Shown here in pieces: positions 35,485 to 44,976 of a DNA stretch of 64,000 nucleotides. The DNA comes from Bryobacterales bacterium (GTDB taxonomy: Bacteria; Acidobacteriota; Terriglobia; Bryobacterales; UBA6623), in contig OZ242039.1 in the NCBI GenBank assembly GCA_965205085.1, positions 357,911-421,910 of the forward strand, in the 5' to 3' direction. Made by a program: the position numbers and the translations under genes. The number at the start of each line of letters is the position of its first letter. Position 1 is the first letter of the stretch. The notes below the pieces were generated by a model. It was not told where the DNA came from. It saw nothing but the letters and a program-made list of their open reading frames with translations, and searched no databases.

Positions 35485-35949
35485 AGGGCTTGTGGGCCGG
35501 TGCGGTCCATCGCTGGACCCGTCCCCCGGATCCGCGATCGAGGCTGATCAGTTTGGCGCAGAAGCGGGCGTTGATGCAACGCGGTGAAGTTGCCTGCCCC
35601 GGATCGTTCCACCTGGACGTTAGGCTCGGTTCGGGACCGGAGGCTGCGGCTTCCACGCGAAGACAACCAGGATCAATCTGCCTCGCAGACACCAAAGGTG
35701 GTATTCGGTCGGGAGGAAGTGGGGCGTTCGACCAGACGGACGCTTCCGACTGGGCCGTGCATGGGTACAGGGAAATGTCACCGGATGGGTAACTGCCCAG
35801 GTACTTTGGGTCCCGGACAAGGATCAGCAGGCGGAGGGGCACTTAACTTACTTTTGGGCGGAGAAGGCGTAGGATGAAGTCCTTTCCGGAGGTCGAGGTC
35901 GTAGCGAGCCAGCCGCAGCTTCAGGACCCGCCGGAGCCGAGGCCGGGTC

Positions 35950-37230
35950 ATGCAGGGGCAGCGCACCAAGGGCAAGTCCCGTCTGCTGCACTGGCAGGCG
36001 GAGAGGACTCGTCTGCAGGCCGAGCGAAAGCAGTTGACGCAGCAGTTGGAGGCCGCGCAGGAGGAAGGGCAGCAGTCGCGGCGGAGCTTGGGCCTCAACA
36101 GCAGCAACAGCTGGAAATCCCCGTCGAGCGATGGGCCAGCGGACCCGCAGCCAGCGGCGGCGCCCCGGCCGGCGCAGCGGAGGCCAGAGAGGGTACCGGT
36201 GCAGTACCCGTCTTCCCTCGTGAGCATCGGCGCCCTCGTTGCAGGGCGCAGCGGAGGCCAGAGAGGGTACCGGTGCAGTACGGGCCGCGCCTGGCGGCCA
36301 CGGCGATCTACTTGCAGAACGCCCACTTCGTGCCCGAGGAGCGGCTGACCCAGATCCTGCGGGACCTGTGCGGTGTGAGCTTGTGCCCCGGCACCCTGAA
36401 CAACCTGCGCCGCCGGGCGGCCGAGGCTTGGGAGCCCTTCGTCGAGCGGATCCGGGAGCACCCCCTAACTTGCCCCGGGGTGAAGCACCTTGACGAGACT
36501 GGTTTCCGGGGCGGGGGACGGGGACAGTGGCTGCATGGACTGAGCAATCAGCTGCTGACCTACTACCGCATCAGTGAGAAGCGGGGCGGGGTGTTGGCGG
36601 GGCTGCGAGGGATCCTGGTGCACGATCACTGGGCTCCCTACTTCCAGGTGCCGGATGGGCTGCACGCGCTGTGCAACGCCGATCATTTGCGCGAGTTAGA
36701 GGCCCTGGTGAAGATCGATGGGGAAGCCTGGGCCGGGCGGATGCAGCGTTTTCTGCGGGGGGCCAGACGGGTGGCGGAGCGGGCCCGCAAACGGGCGAGG
36801 TGGTGCCTCCCCAGATGTTGAAGCGGATGGAAAGCCGCTACGACGAGTTGGTGCAGGAGACACTGGACTACCCAGCGGGCTGCCGCCGTTGCCGACCGTC
36901 CGGCGGGGCCGCCAGAAACGTCGGCCCGGCCATAACTTGGCCTTGCGGCTGGAACGGAGACGCGCCTGGGTGTTGCTTTTTCTGTTCAATTTGAGTGTGC
37001 CGTTCACGAACAACCTGGGTGAGCGGGAGTTGCGCAGGATGAAGCTGCTGAGGAAGATCTCGGGAGGATTCCGTTCGCTCCAAGGGGCGCGGGAGTTCGT
37101 CATGCTGCGCAGTGTGCTGTCGACGGCGCGCAAGCAGGGGCTGAAGCCGATCGAGACCCTGCTCGAGGGGCCGGCGGCCCTGCTGGAGCAGGTGGGCCTA
37201 GCTCCGAGCCTCCCGCCCAGCGGGCAATAG
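35950..37230 (+). pseudogene. IS66-family transposase (TnpC-type), multiple frameshifts
   Basis: IS66 blocks are spread over three frames. There is an N-terminal coiled coil (LLHWQAERTRLQAERKQLTQQLEAAQEE). The core reads YGPRLAATAIYLQNAHFVPEERLTQILRDLCGVSLCPGTLNN...HLDETGFR...ILVHDHWAPYF...ALCNADHLRELE. The C-terminus reads PFTNNLGERELRRMKLLRKISGGFRSLQGAREFVMLRSVLSTARKQG. A 74-bp internal duplication and further frame changes near 36780-36900 disrupt it. Confidence 0.85.
36172..36282 (+). repeat. 74-bp tandem duplication inside the IS66 transposase gene
   Basis: The exact 37-nt string ggcgcagcggaggccagagagggtaccggtgcagtac occurs at 36172-36208 and 36246-36282 (period 74, not divisible by 3). 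The sequences following each copy are diverged versions of each other. The two readings are RPERVPVQYPSSLVSIGALV and RPERVPVQYGPRLAATAIYL. Confidence 0.9.
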
Positions 37231-37513
37231 ACGGCCTGCGACGGCAGCCGGTCTCCGCCACGCGCCGCACGGTGCGCACGTCACAACACAAGCTCTGCTA
37301 GAAATGCGGACTCAGGCCGAGAACCTGGGTAGCTACCCGGATGGAAGAGAAAGTCCATGTCGGTGGCACTAGGAACAGTGCCAATGGTCGGGAGGTTCCC
37401 ACCTGCGCTGGGGGCAAGCCAACTACGGGTCGGGTACGGGACCGATGGGTAGCATCCCGGACCATCCACAGCCTTGTCTGCGGACCGGGTCGCTGACGCT
37501 GGGGCCAGAACGG

Positions 37514-38629
37514 CTAAGGCGAAGTCTTGAACCGTTGCAGCAGGTCGGAGCCGGTGTCGCAATCGACGATCCATTCGGCGATATCCTGCAACCGGTCCTG
37601 ATCGTCAATTCTCTTCAGAAGTCCGGCGACAGGCTCCGCCATGTGAAGCCCAAACTTCCGAACGGCCAGACGCACCAGCAACTGCCGCTGCCCCTTCAGG
37701 CCTCGCTCTTCGCCCTGCTCCAGGCCTCGCTTCAGGCCCCGCTCTTCGCCCTGCGCCAAGCCCCGCTTCAGGCCCCGTTCTTCGCCCTGCGCCAAGCCTT
37801 GCTCTCGGCCCTCGGCCCGCAGTCGGGCTCGCTGGGCCTGAAAGCGCTCCTGCAGGGTGGTGCGCAACTTACCACTGTGTATCATCTCCTCTATCCTTTC
37901 ACGATTCTCCAACTCCTCCAAATCGATCCCGGTCGCCTGCAGGGTCGCCCGCAGCAACTGGAGATAGGTTGTCCAGACCGGCTCCTCCGGTTCCATCAGC
38001 CGCACTCCCTCCTCCACGGCCTCGTTCGCGTCCTCCGGCCCCTCCATGCCCTCGGTCACCGCCAGCAGAGTGACCAGGTTGTCTTTCGGGAGCCGCGGCA
38101 GGGCCTTCAGGTCCACCAGCACGTAGCTGTCCCCGGTAAAGGCTGGCCCGGAGGCCTGCCCCGACGCGAGCGGCCGGGTGCCCTCGCCCACCAGATCGCC
38201 CAGTCTGGTGGCTGCCTTCCAGGTGGCGGGGCCGTTGTAGACCACGACCGCCAGGATGGGCGGCAGACGGTCCTGGCGACCGGGGCGGCGGTCCTTCCAC
38301 TGGTCCTCGTAGAGCCGCACGGCGTAGCTCTGCACCCGCAGGGCCATGAACCAGTCGACCTGGGACTGGAATTCGAGCATCAGCAGGACGGGCAGCCACC
38401 GGGGCTGGCCGTCGGCATCGCGGAAGCGGACGCGCCAGACGAGATCGTTGATGCGGCGATGGAGGGAGGCGTCGAGGTGTTCGGTGGGCAGGGGTTGGAG
38501 GGAGGAGAGGTCGAGTCGGGCGAGCCATTCCTGGCCGCCCTCGATCTGGTCGGCGACGAAGGCGGACAGGAGGTCGCGGACGGTCCGGGGATGGGAGAAG
38601 TAGGCCTTGTAGATTGCGTCGTAGTCCAT
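37514..38629 (-). CDS. Rpn-family recombination-promoting nuclease / putative transposase (PD-(D/E)XK, YhgA-like) with DUF4351-like tail
   Basis: Start placed at MDYDAIYKAYFSHPRTVRDLL, matching the typical Rpn N-terminus D-x-x-F-K-x-x-F-S-x-P. Further blocks are DLVWRVRF, LLMLEFQSQVDWFMALR and VVYNG. The C-terminal portion has a repeated GLAQGEERGLKR segment followed by LLVRLAVRKFG. The track ORF extends 40 codons upstream, to 38749. Confidence 0.85.
   Translation of the reverse strand: MDYDAIYKAYFSHPRTVRDLLSAFVADQIEGGQEWLARLDLSSLQPLPTEHLDASLHRRINDLVWRVRFRDADGQPRWLPVLLMLEFQSQVDWFMALRVQSYAVRLYEDQWKDRRPGRQDRLPPILAVVVYNGPATWKAATRLGDLVGEGTRPLASGQASGPAFTGDSYVLVDLKALPRLPKDNLVTLLAVTEGMEGPEDANEAVEEGVRLMEPEEPVWTTYLQLLRATLQATGIDLEELENRERIEEMIHSGKLRTTLQERFQAQRARLRAEGREQGLAQGEERGLKRGLAQGEERGLKRGLEQGEERGLKGQRQLLVRLAVRKFGLHMAEPVAGLLKRIDDQDRLQDIAEWIVDCDTGSDLLQRFKTSP
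37693..37800 (-). repeat. 36-nt tandem repeat x3 within the Rpn gene (encodes GLAQGEERGLKR repeats)
   Basis: cttcagg recurs at 37693, 37729 and 37765 with near-identical 36-nt units. The repeat is in frame (12 codons per unit). Confidence 0.85.
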
Positions 38630-38771
38630 GCTCACTCGTAGTCCATATTCACACTCTGGCGGGCCGCCCAAGGGCGGCGTGCCCATTCTCGCATGAAGCG
38701 GCGAGGCCGGCTTGCAATGGTCCGAGCCCGAGTCCCGCGCTGGTTGCAAGTAGTTTTGTTCGCGATGTCAA

Positions 38772-39027
38772 TGGCACGAGTGAGGAAGCAGAACGCTGGA
38801 TGCCGCGACTCCCACTGCAAGGCGATCTGCGCCAGACTTGACGCGGTGCGGTCAGGCCCGGATGATCGGTCTGACACCGGTCGGGACCCAGCACCGCAGC
38901 GGGGTCAGGCACGCGGATCGAAGCCGACTTGCAGTGGTCGCCATTGCGGGTGTCCTGGCTGTCAACCTGCTGCGAGGTCGAATCCATCCGAGGTCGCCAT
39001 ACGGAGCGAGAATGTTCAGCATGGGCT
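38772..39027 (+). repeat. conserved noncoding element, copy 2 (5' part; GTGCGG core at 38846), truncated by an IS30 fragment
   Basis: Aligns with 4641-4900 of copy 1. The junction with IS30-derived sequence is at about 39028, with microhomology gcta. Probable continuation begins at 39339 (ctgcggat...atctcgg..gacaa, ttgaatcc). Confidence 0.5.
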
Positions 39028-39338
39028 AAGCTACGGCACCCCATAGGAGGTCGTCCGCACCAACTGTCCCGCAGCACCCGACCCCTGTCCTCTCTGATCG
39101 GGGCCGCAACACGGCCACTCCCCGACGCACTTCCCCCTCTCGATCTGGCCGGCAGTCCGCCAGCCCCCTGGGGTCCGGCCGCCCTTTCGGGCCATCTCCC
39201 GCTGCCGCCCTCGCGCGGTGCCCATCCCCGGAGCCTCTCCTTAACAGCCCCACTGCGCTTGCCGTGCCCCGTTGTTTGTGCAACCACCAACTCCCAGGGT
39301 CTTATTCCCCGCTGTAGCGGTTCGATGTGCAATGAGAG
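39028..39338 (+). mobile_element. IS30-family 3' remnant (last ~30 codons of the transposase gene, 3' noncoding region and right inverted repeat)
   Basis: Colinear with 15035-15368 of the intact copy. For example, ctctctgatcggggccgcaacacggccactccccgacgcacttccccctctcgat matches ctctctgatcggggccgcaacgcggcccctccccgacgcacttccccctctcgag. It ends in ccccgctgtagcggttcgatgtgcaatgagag. Confidence 0.85.
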
Positions 39339-40117
39339 GTCTGCGGATAGCATCAACTCGACGTCCGGGCGATCTCGGAGATTGACAACCAGGTGCCCAA
39401 TTGCGACATCCATCTGTTCGCGAACCGTTCCCGGGTTGAATCCTTCACGCCCCAGCGGGGCTGCCTGTCCCGAGTCGGTTGTTGGTCGCTGTTGCATTGG
39501 CACTTCCCGATGGGAACCGGGGAGCCACAGCGACCATGCGATGGAGCGGGGCAGAAACAGAAAAGCCGTTCCGGATGGCGAAGGCGCTTGGCGATGCCCA
39601 GCGGACAGTCCGTAGCGGGCTGGCCGCGGCCGGTGTCCGCAAGGGAAGGGGCCCGACGATTTCACCCGCAACGTTCGGAACCTCACCGATTCGGCGGGAC
39701 CATGCGGATGGCCGGGCTGGCATCAATCTTCCGCGGTGTCCACTGGCGAGCAATCCCCCGGAAAAATGTTCGCGAAGCGGATTCTCTGGAGGCTTCGACT
39801 GCCATGGTCCGTTGACCCGAGGACACTGTCGACGCGATCACGACAGCCGGCCTGCCCTGTGGCAGCTAGGCCGAGGTGGGTCCGGCGCGCAGGCTAAGTC
39901 GCATTCGGCCGAGCCGCATGTAATATACTTTCGTCGCTTGGGATTCCAGATACAATCCGCCACGGCCCGGCGAACAGGACGCGTGAGGACTGGGCTGCGG
40001 TGCGATGGGGGAACGCCGGGACCGGCAGCGTCCTCGCGCCGCTGCGCACCCGCCGAGAGCCTGTTTCGATTGGTCCAGTGCGATTCCAAGTGGGAGGAGA
40101 GCCTCTGGATTGAGACC

Positions 40118-41278
40118 ATGGCACTGCAAAGACTTTCAGCACTCGCTGCACTCACCGGTTTGCTGGTGTCCGTTTGCTGGGGGGCGGACTGGAATCGCCA
40201 CGAGATAGTCAACGGGTTCCCTTGCCAGACTGCGGTGGCCGCCGATTTCACGGGCGACGGCCTGCCTGACGTAATCGTTGACGCCGACGGGGAGACGCAC
40301 CTGTATGTTGCCCCCTCATGGCGCAAGGTTATCATTGACGGCAAGTTGCCTTTCCGGCCAGGCGAACGCAACACGATTCACAGCGAGGTCATGGACATCG
40401 ACCGCGACGGTGACCCGGACTACATCGGCGCAGTGTACTCGCCGGGGCCCGTGTTTTGGCTCGAGAGACCAGACGATCCGCTACGGGACCGCTGGTCGAT
40501 GCGCATCGTCGATGATGATGTCAATGGCACGCACGGCCTGATCAAGGGCGACATTGACGGAGATGGATGGGATGACCTTGTGGGAAACAGCGCCCAGCCC
40601 AAGGGCCGATACCCGAACTCGCTAGTGTGGTGGAGCGTTCCGGCAAACCCCCGTTCGGCCGAAGAATGGACTCGGTACGTCTTCGCCGATCAGGATGCTC
40701 CCGGCCTGAGCCACTACTTGGGCATCGGTGATTTGGATGCTGACGGAATGGCCGATGTGGTCTCGGCCGGGAAGGATGCCGTGACGGGGGGCGGAAACTG
40801 GTTTGCCTGGTGGAAGCAGCCGACCGACGGGTCCACCCCATGGTTGAAGCGAACGATTGCCGTCAATCAGACGGGAGCCACCAACGCGCTACCGGCGGAT
40901 CTCAACGGGGACGGTGCGATCGATGTCTTCGCGACACGCGGCCACCACAAGGGGGTGCTCTGGTTCGAGGGGCCCCATTTCGTCGCGCACGAAATCGACA
41001 CCGAGATCGAAGGACCGCACAATCTGGCGATTGGAGATATCGACGGAGACGGGGACATCGATGGAGTAACTTGCGGCAAGGACAGTTATCAGGTTGCCTG
41101 GTATGAGAACGACGGACTGGGAGAATTCTCCAAACGCATCATTCATGACGATCAGGCAGCGTACGACATTCGCCTCGTTGATATGGATGTGGACGGCGAC
41201 CTGGACGTGCTGGTGGCCGGACAGGCTTCCCGGAATGTGGTGTGGTTCGAGAACGCCGTCGCGAACCGACAGCGATAG
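40118..41278 (+). CDS. FG-GAP/VCBS repeat protein, secreted
   Basis: Start placed at MALQRLSALAALTGLLVSVCWG (signal-like); the upstream part of the 599-aa track ORF is non-coding-like. There are repeated Ca-binding D-x-D-x-D-G motifs: DIDGDGWDDLVG, DLDADGMADVVS, DLNGDGAIDVFA, DIDGDGDIDGVT, DMDVDGDLDVLV. Confidence 0.85.
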   Translation: MALQRLSALAALTGLLVSVCWGADWNRHEIVNGFPCQTAVAADFTGDGLPDVIVDADGETHLYVAPSWRKVIIDGKLPFRPGERNTIHSEVMDIDRDGDPDYIGAVYSPGPVFWLERPDDPLRDRWSMRIVDDDVNGTHGLIKGDIDGDGWDDLVGNSAQPKGRYPNSLVWWSVPANPRSAEEWTRYVFADQDAPGLSHYLGIGDLDADGMADVVSAGKDAVTGGGNWFAWWKQPTDGSTPWLKRTIAVNQTGATNALPADLNGDGAIDVFATRGHHKGVLWFEGPHFVAHEIDTEIEGPHNLAIGDIDGDGDIDGVTCGKDSYQVAWYENDGLGEFSKRIIHDDQAAYDIRLVDMDVDGDLDVLVAGQASRNVVWFENAVANRQR

Positions 41279-41359
41279 CTGACCGGCCCGAGCCGAATTC
41301 CGTGCCTGCAGGCCCGATGCCGGCGGTGCCACCGGGCCGACGATCGAACGCCACAAGCA

Positions 41360-41530
41360 CTCCGGGTCCAACCCATGCCCAGTGATGTACCGTTCCAGCG
41401 CACGGTTGCTCCAAGGGTGGTCGGCCCGTCCACCGGATTCCGGACGGCCATTTCTTGGTCGGCGGACAACATTCGGACTGGATGGAAGGCACTCTCATAT
41501 CCGTCGGGTCGCCGCGTCGTGCACAGGCCG
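41360..41530 (-). pseudogene. possible IS481/IS3-type integrase-core (rve) remnant
   Basis: The minus frame reads LCTTRRPDGYESAFHPVRMLSADQEMAVRNPVDGPTTLGATVRWNGTSLGMGW. This loosely parallels the T-D-N-G-x-x-Y-x-S-x-x-F...R-P-x-T-N-G-K-x-E-R-F-x-R-T-L-x-x-E-W end of rve-domain transposases. It is heavily substituted and no intact ORF context remains. Confidence 0.3.
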
Positions 41531-41658
41531 CGACTGGGTTTCCGGCCACACCCGCAGCATCGTGCATGCGAAGACGTCCGGAGCTCGATGACGGCAAATC
41601 CTTGCCGCACGTCCCAATATCGGAGTCTCGGGCATGCGATCCACTACGATGGATCGAT

Positions 41659-42390
41659 ATGCCAGTCCGCGAACTGTCCCGCGAAGAGTTGCTGTCGCTC
41701 AGTCGCTACGACACCCCCACCATTTGCAACGTGATCGAGTTGTTCGCGGTGCGTTCGCAGACCGAAGGCTACATGGATGGGCGCATTCGCTCCTGCTTTC
41801 CGGAATTCGGGCCGATTTGCGGCTACGCCTCGACGGCGACCTTTCGGTCCGCACTCGAACCGAAGGGGAGTGCCGCGTATGGCACGCTGTCGGACCAGGT
41901 CGCCCGATTCGGTGAGGTTCCAGGCCCCCCCATCGTGGTTATCCAGGACTTGGACGAGCCGACTAGGGCGGCCACGTTCGGCGAGGTGATGGCGGCCTCG
42001 TACAAGGCGTTCGGTGCTGCCGGTCTGATCACGAGCGGAGCCGCCCGCGACCTGGATCAGGTCCGGGCCGTGGGTTTGCCGTGTTTTGCCGACGGGGTGA
42101 TCTGCTCGCATGGATACCCCAAGCTGATCGACTTCCTTGTCCCGGTCCATGTGGGTGGGTTGGCGGTGTATCCTGGCGACCTCCTGCATGCCGACCAGAA
42201 CGGAGTGACCAATCTGCCACCGGACATTGCGAGCGAGATAGCTGACGTCTGCGAGGAGTTCTGCAAGGCGGAAGCGGTCGTGCTCGACTATTGCGCCACA
42301 GGCAAAGTGACCATTGAAGGCCATACGGAGGCCGTTGGCGAGTTGGGAGCACAGGTTCGGCGGCTGAAGCAGCGCGTCCGGCGTTCGTGA
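41659..42390 (+). CDS. RraA-family protein (RNase E regulator / 4-hydroxy-4-methyl-2-oxoglutarate aldolase-like)
   Basis: Start placed at MPVRELSREELLSLSRYDTPTICNVIE. Blocks ATFGEVMAASYKAFGAAGLITSGAARD and VHVGGLAVYPGDLLHADQNGV fit the RraA/demethylmenaquinone-methyltransferase-like fold family. Confidence 0.8.
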   Translation: MPVRELSREELLSLSRYDTPTICNVIELFAVRSQTEGYMDGRIRSCFPEFGPICGYASTATFRSALEPKGSAAYGTLSDQVARFGEVPGPPIVVIQDLDEPTRAATFGEVMAASYKAFGAAGLITSGAARDLDQVRAVGLPCFADGVICSHGYPKLIDFLVPVHVGGLAVYPGDLLHADQNGVTNLPPDIASEIADVCEEFCKAEAVVLDYCATGKVTIEGHTEAVGELGAQVRRLKQRVRRS

Positions 42391-42411
42391 GCCGTTCGGG
42401 ACTCCGCGAAG

Positions 42412-44976
42412 TCAGATCCGCGATGCAACCTGTCCCGTCGTCTCGAAGGTTGCGCCCGATTCGGTGTCGAGCACCCGGACGGTGTAGCTGCCTGCCGCTC
42501 GCACCTTCGGCGTGAACTCGGTGCCCTGGATGCGCAACGTATAGACGATGTCTCCGTTGGACTCGTCGATCACCTCCACCACCGGATCAACCGAACCGTT
42601 CGCATCAATCGGTGGAAGCGAGTATGCACTCGGCATGCCGTTCTGTGTTTGCTTGATCCGGACCGGCCACCCGGCGTACGGTCTGGCGTCGGGCTCCGAG
42701 GCGTCGACCCAACGAGGCCAGTTCGCCAACTCGATCTCGCGCTTCAGGCGGTTGAACTTGACGATTCCGTAGCCGGGTGCCCGCTCGTGGATGGCGGTTG
42801 GCTCAATGCCGTTGGCCTGGGGATTCGAGACTGCGTGAACCGTCATCTTGTTCCCGAAACCGTCCCGGAACTCGCCCGTGTTCTTCGGTGCTCCCGGCTT
42901 GCGATTCCGGCCGTCTTCACTGGGGAACCAGCGTCGCGGGAAGATGTTGGCGACCGAGGGTACGCAAATCGCCCAGCTGCTGTCGTTCCAGTCCTCGACG
43001 CCGTATTGGATCGTGCTGCCGAGATGCTGGTCTCCCGCGATGTGCACAGCCATTGCCTTGCGCAGCAGGCGGACTGCACGGTTGCGTCCGGATTGCGGCC
43101 AGCCGTTGGAATCGTGATCCTGAACCGGTTCCTCGTTCGGTGGGTACTCCCCAGGTGCGTTTACCGGCAAGCTGCCAGTCACCGCGTCGGTGGTCGTTCC
43201 CTTGGGCAGGGTGCAAACGTTCGCGAAGATCGTTTGTGAGATGGCCGCCTTCAGCCAGGCCCCATCCCAGTCCCGGGCCCATGCTGCGAGGAACTCCTCC
43301 TGCCGACTGCCAAGCAACGGGAAGTCGGGATGGTCTGAACTTCGGCTGGCGTCGTACGTGGGGCTGTCTGCCCAGCCGTTGACGATCCCGGCGTCGGGCA
43401 AGAGGACCGATGCCGAATCCTTCCACTTGCGATCCTCCAGGATCGCGAAACTTATGCCTCCGTAGAGCATGTCCGTGTAATAGACGGCGATCCCCTGTTC
43501 GACGGGAGTCGGGTCGTAGGGATCGGGCATGTTGGCTGTCTGGGTCGTCTGTACCACGTGCACGAACCTGGGATCCATCACATAGCCGCCCTGGTCCTGG
43601 CCTGGTTTCCCGTAGGCGGTGGCTCGCCGGCCGCCTGCCCCCCAGATGTTTCCCTGATAGACATCATGGTCGTCGGGAAGGGCCACGGCCGGGGTTTCCC
43701 GGAGCAGTTCACCGTACTCCCATCCGAAGATGTACCACTTCCGGAGGTAGTCCAGAATCGCGATGTCGGCGGGCTCCCGGACGATACCGTACTCCCCGAC
43801 CCGCTCATAGACGTTGTCGCCGGTGAATGCCATCAGGTCGGGCCGGTGGAACCGGATGTTCCGTACGATGTCCGCGTGCGGAAATCCCAGATCGTTGTTG
43901 CCGGTGAAGGCAGCCACGACAATCTCGGGCTTCCCGTCCGGGTCCTGTCGGACCGTACCCTCCCACTCGTCGCCGTCGTACACCACCCGGTAGGGAACGT
44001 CGGCCGAATCGTCCCAGTCCTCGATGCGGAAGGTTGCGGTGTGCGCCTCGGGGTCGAGGGTCGCCCTTGCGACTGTCTTCCAGCTTGCTCCGTCGCGAGT
44101 CTCCAGGGCCGCCTCCCGAGATCCATTGCCCACGGGAGCGACCATAGCGTTGAGCTTGAGAACGTCCCGGCTGAGGGTGTGCATCGCGAACATGATCGGG
44201 CCGAGTTTGCGGTCGGGATGACGGGTCACCTTGGAGCCGGAGACCGTCCAGTCGTCAAACCAGGTCCGCATCGTGCCGCCACTCCGTGTTCCCGCCTTGA
44301 GCGTCCAGCCGGTTTCGCGAATTTCCCGGTCGCTGGGAGGCGACTCGGGCACGGGTCCGGAGCTCGACACGAGTGCCAGCCCTCCGCTAAGCCAACCGGC
44401 CTCGACCTCGCTCGTAACCTCCTGTGCGCCCATCGGTGTCTCAATGGCTAGAGTGAGTGTGTAGTGTTCACCGCTTGGCTGGGCCTCAAGAAAAAGCTCG
44501 GATTCGCCTTCGAATGTGCTGGCTGCTCGCGGTGCAGAGTCGGTGAGCGAACCGATAAACAGCCGACCGTCCCAGGTCACGCCGCAGTTCAGGCCCACTC
44601 CCCGAACCGCACTGTCACGGTAGTCGTCGAATGATCCCCGGATGCCCACCCGGAAGCCAGCCCACCCGGCATCGGGGGCCGGGCCCGAGTCCTCCAGCCG
44701 ACCAAGCCGGACTCGCATCGAGAGCGTGCCCGACTGATCGCTGATTTCGCGGGTGAGGAGGAAGACATTTCTGTCCCCGCCCGGACGGAAGTTCTCGATC
44801 CGACCGTGCCGGACACGCCAGTCCTGCAGGGGGTTCGACCAATACTCCGGTCCGATCCACGGCCTTTCGATGTCCTCGTCCCAATGGCTTTCGAATGTCG
44901 TCGGTCCACCTGAACAGCCCAGCAGGGCCAAGGCAAACAAAGTAAGGGCCGAGGATTGCATTGGGAATCGATCCAT
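42412..44976 (-). CDS. PhoD-like metallophosphatase with N-terminal extra domains, lipoprotein
   Basis: Start placed at MDRFPMQSSALTLFALALLGCSGG (lipobox), codon 205 of the 1058-codon track ORF. Metallophosphatase blocks are present: AFTGDNVYE, LPDDHDVYQGNIWG, LLGSRQEEFLAAW, HIAGDQHLGS. Confidence 0.8.
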   Translation of the reverse strand: MDRFPMQSSALTLFALALLGCSGGPTTFESHWDEDIERPWIGPEYWSNPLQDWRVRHGRIENFRPGGDRNVFLLTREISDQSGTLSMRVRLGRLEDSGPAPDAGWAGFRVGIRGSFDDYRDSAVRGVGLNCGVTWDGRLFIGSLTDSAPRAASTFEGESELFLEAQPSGEHYTLTLAIETPMGAQEVTSEVEAGWLSGGLALVSSSGPVPESPPSDREIRETGWTLKAGTRSGGTMRTWFDDWTVSGSKVTRHPDRKLGPIMFAMHTLSRDVLKLNAMVAPVGNGSREAALETRDGASWKTVARATLDPEAHTATFRIEDWDDSADVPYRVVYDGDEWEGTVRQDPDGKPEIVVAAFTGNNDLGFPHADIVRNIRFHRPDLMAFTGDNVYERVGEYGIVREPADIAILDYLRKWYIFGWEYGELLRETPAVALPDDHDVYQGNIWGAGGRRATAYGKPGQDQGGYVMDPRFVHVVQTTQTANMPDPYDPTPVEQGIAVYYTDMLYGGISFAILEDRKWKDSASVLLPDAGIVNGWADSPTYDASRSSDHPDFPLLGSRQEEFLAAWARDWDGAWLKAAISQTIFANVCTLPKGTTTDAVTGSLPVNAPGEYPPNEEPVQDHDSNGWPQSGRNRAVRLLRKAMAVHIAGDQHLGSTIQYGVEDWNDSSWAICVPSVANIFPRRWFPSEDGRNRKPGAPKNTGEFRDGFGNKMTVHAVSNPQANGIEPTAIHERAPGYGIVKFNRLKREIELANWPRWVDASEPDARPYAGWPVRIKQTQNGMPSAYSLPPIDANGSVDPVVEVIDESNGDIVYTLRIQGTEFTPKVRAAGSYTVRVLDTESGATFETTGQVASRI

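Larger units (their letters stand above)
35789..37336 (+). mobile_element. IS66-family element with intact ends and 8-bp TSD but decayed transposase
   Basis: The terminal repeats are GTAACTGCCCAGGT (35789-) and the reverse complement of acctgggtagctac (ending at 37336), which reads GTAGCTACCCAGGT. CCGGATGG directly flanks both ends (35781-35788 and 37337-37344). An 8-bp TSD is the IS66 hallmark. Confidence 0.85.

Noticed and set aside
1262-39338. A 38-nt sequence (ccccgctgt[t/a]gcggttc[a/g]atgtgcaatg..) recurring three times looked at first like CRISPR repeats.
   Set aside because: The copies are tens of kb apart, one is inverted, and there is no regular spacer array. Two copies continue into sequence colinear with the 3' end of the IS30 element. 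These are IS30 terminal inverted repeats.
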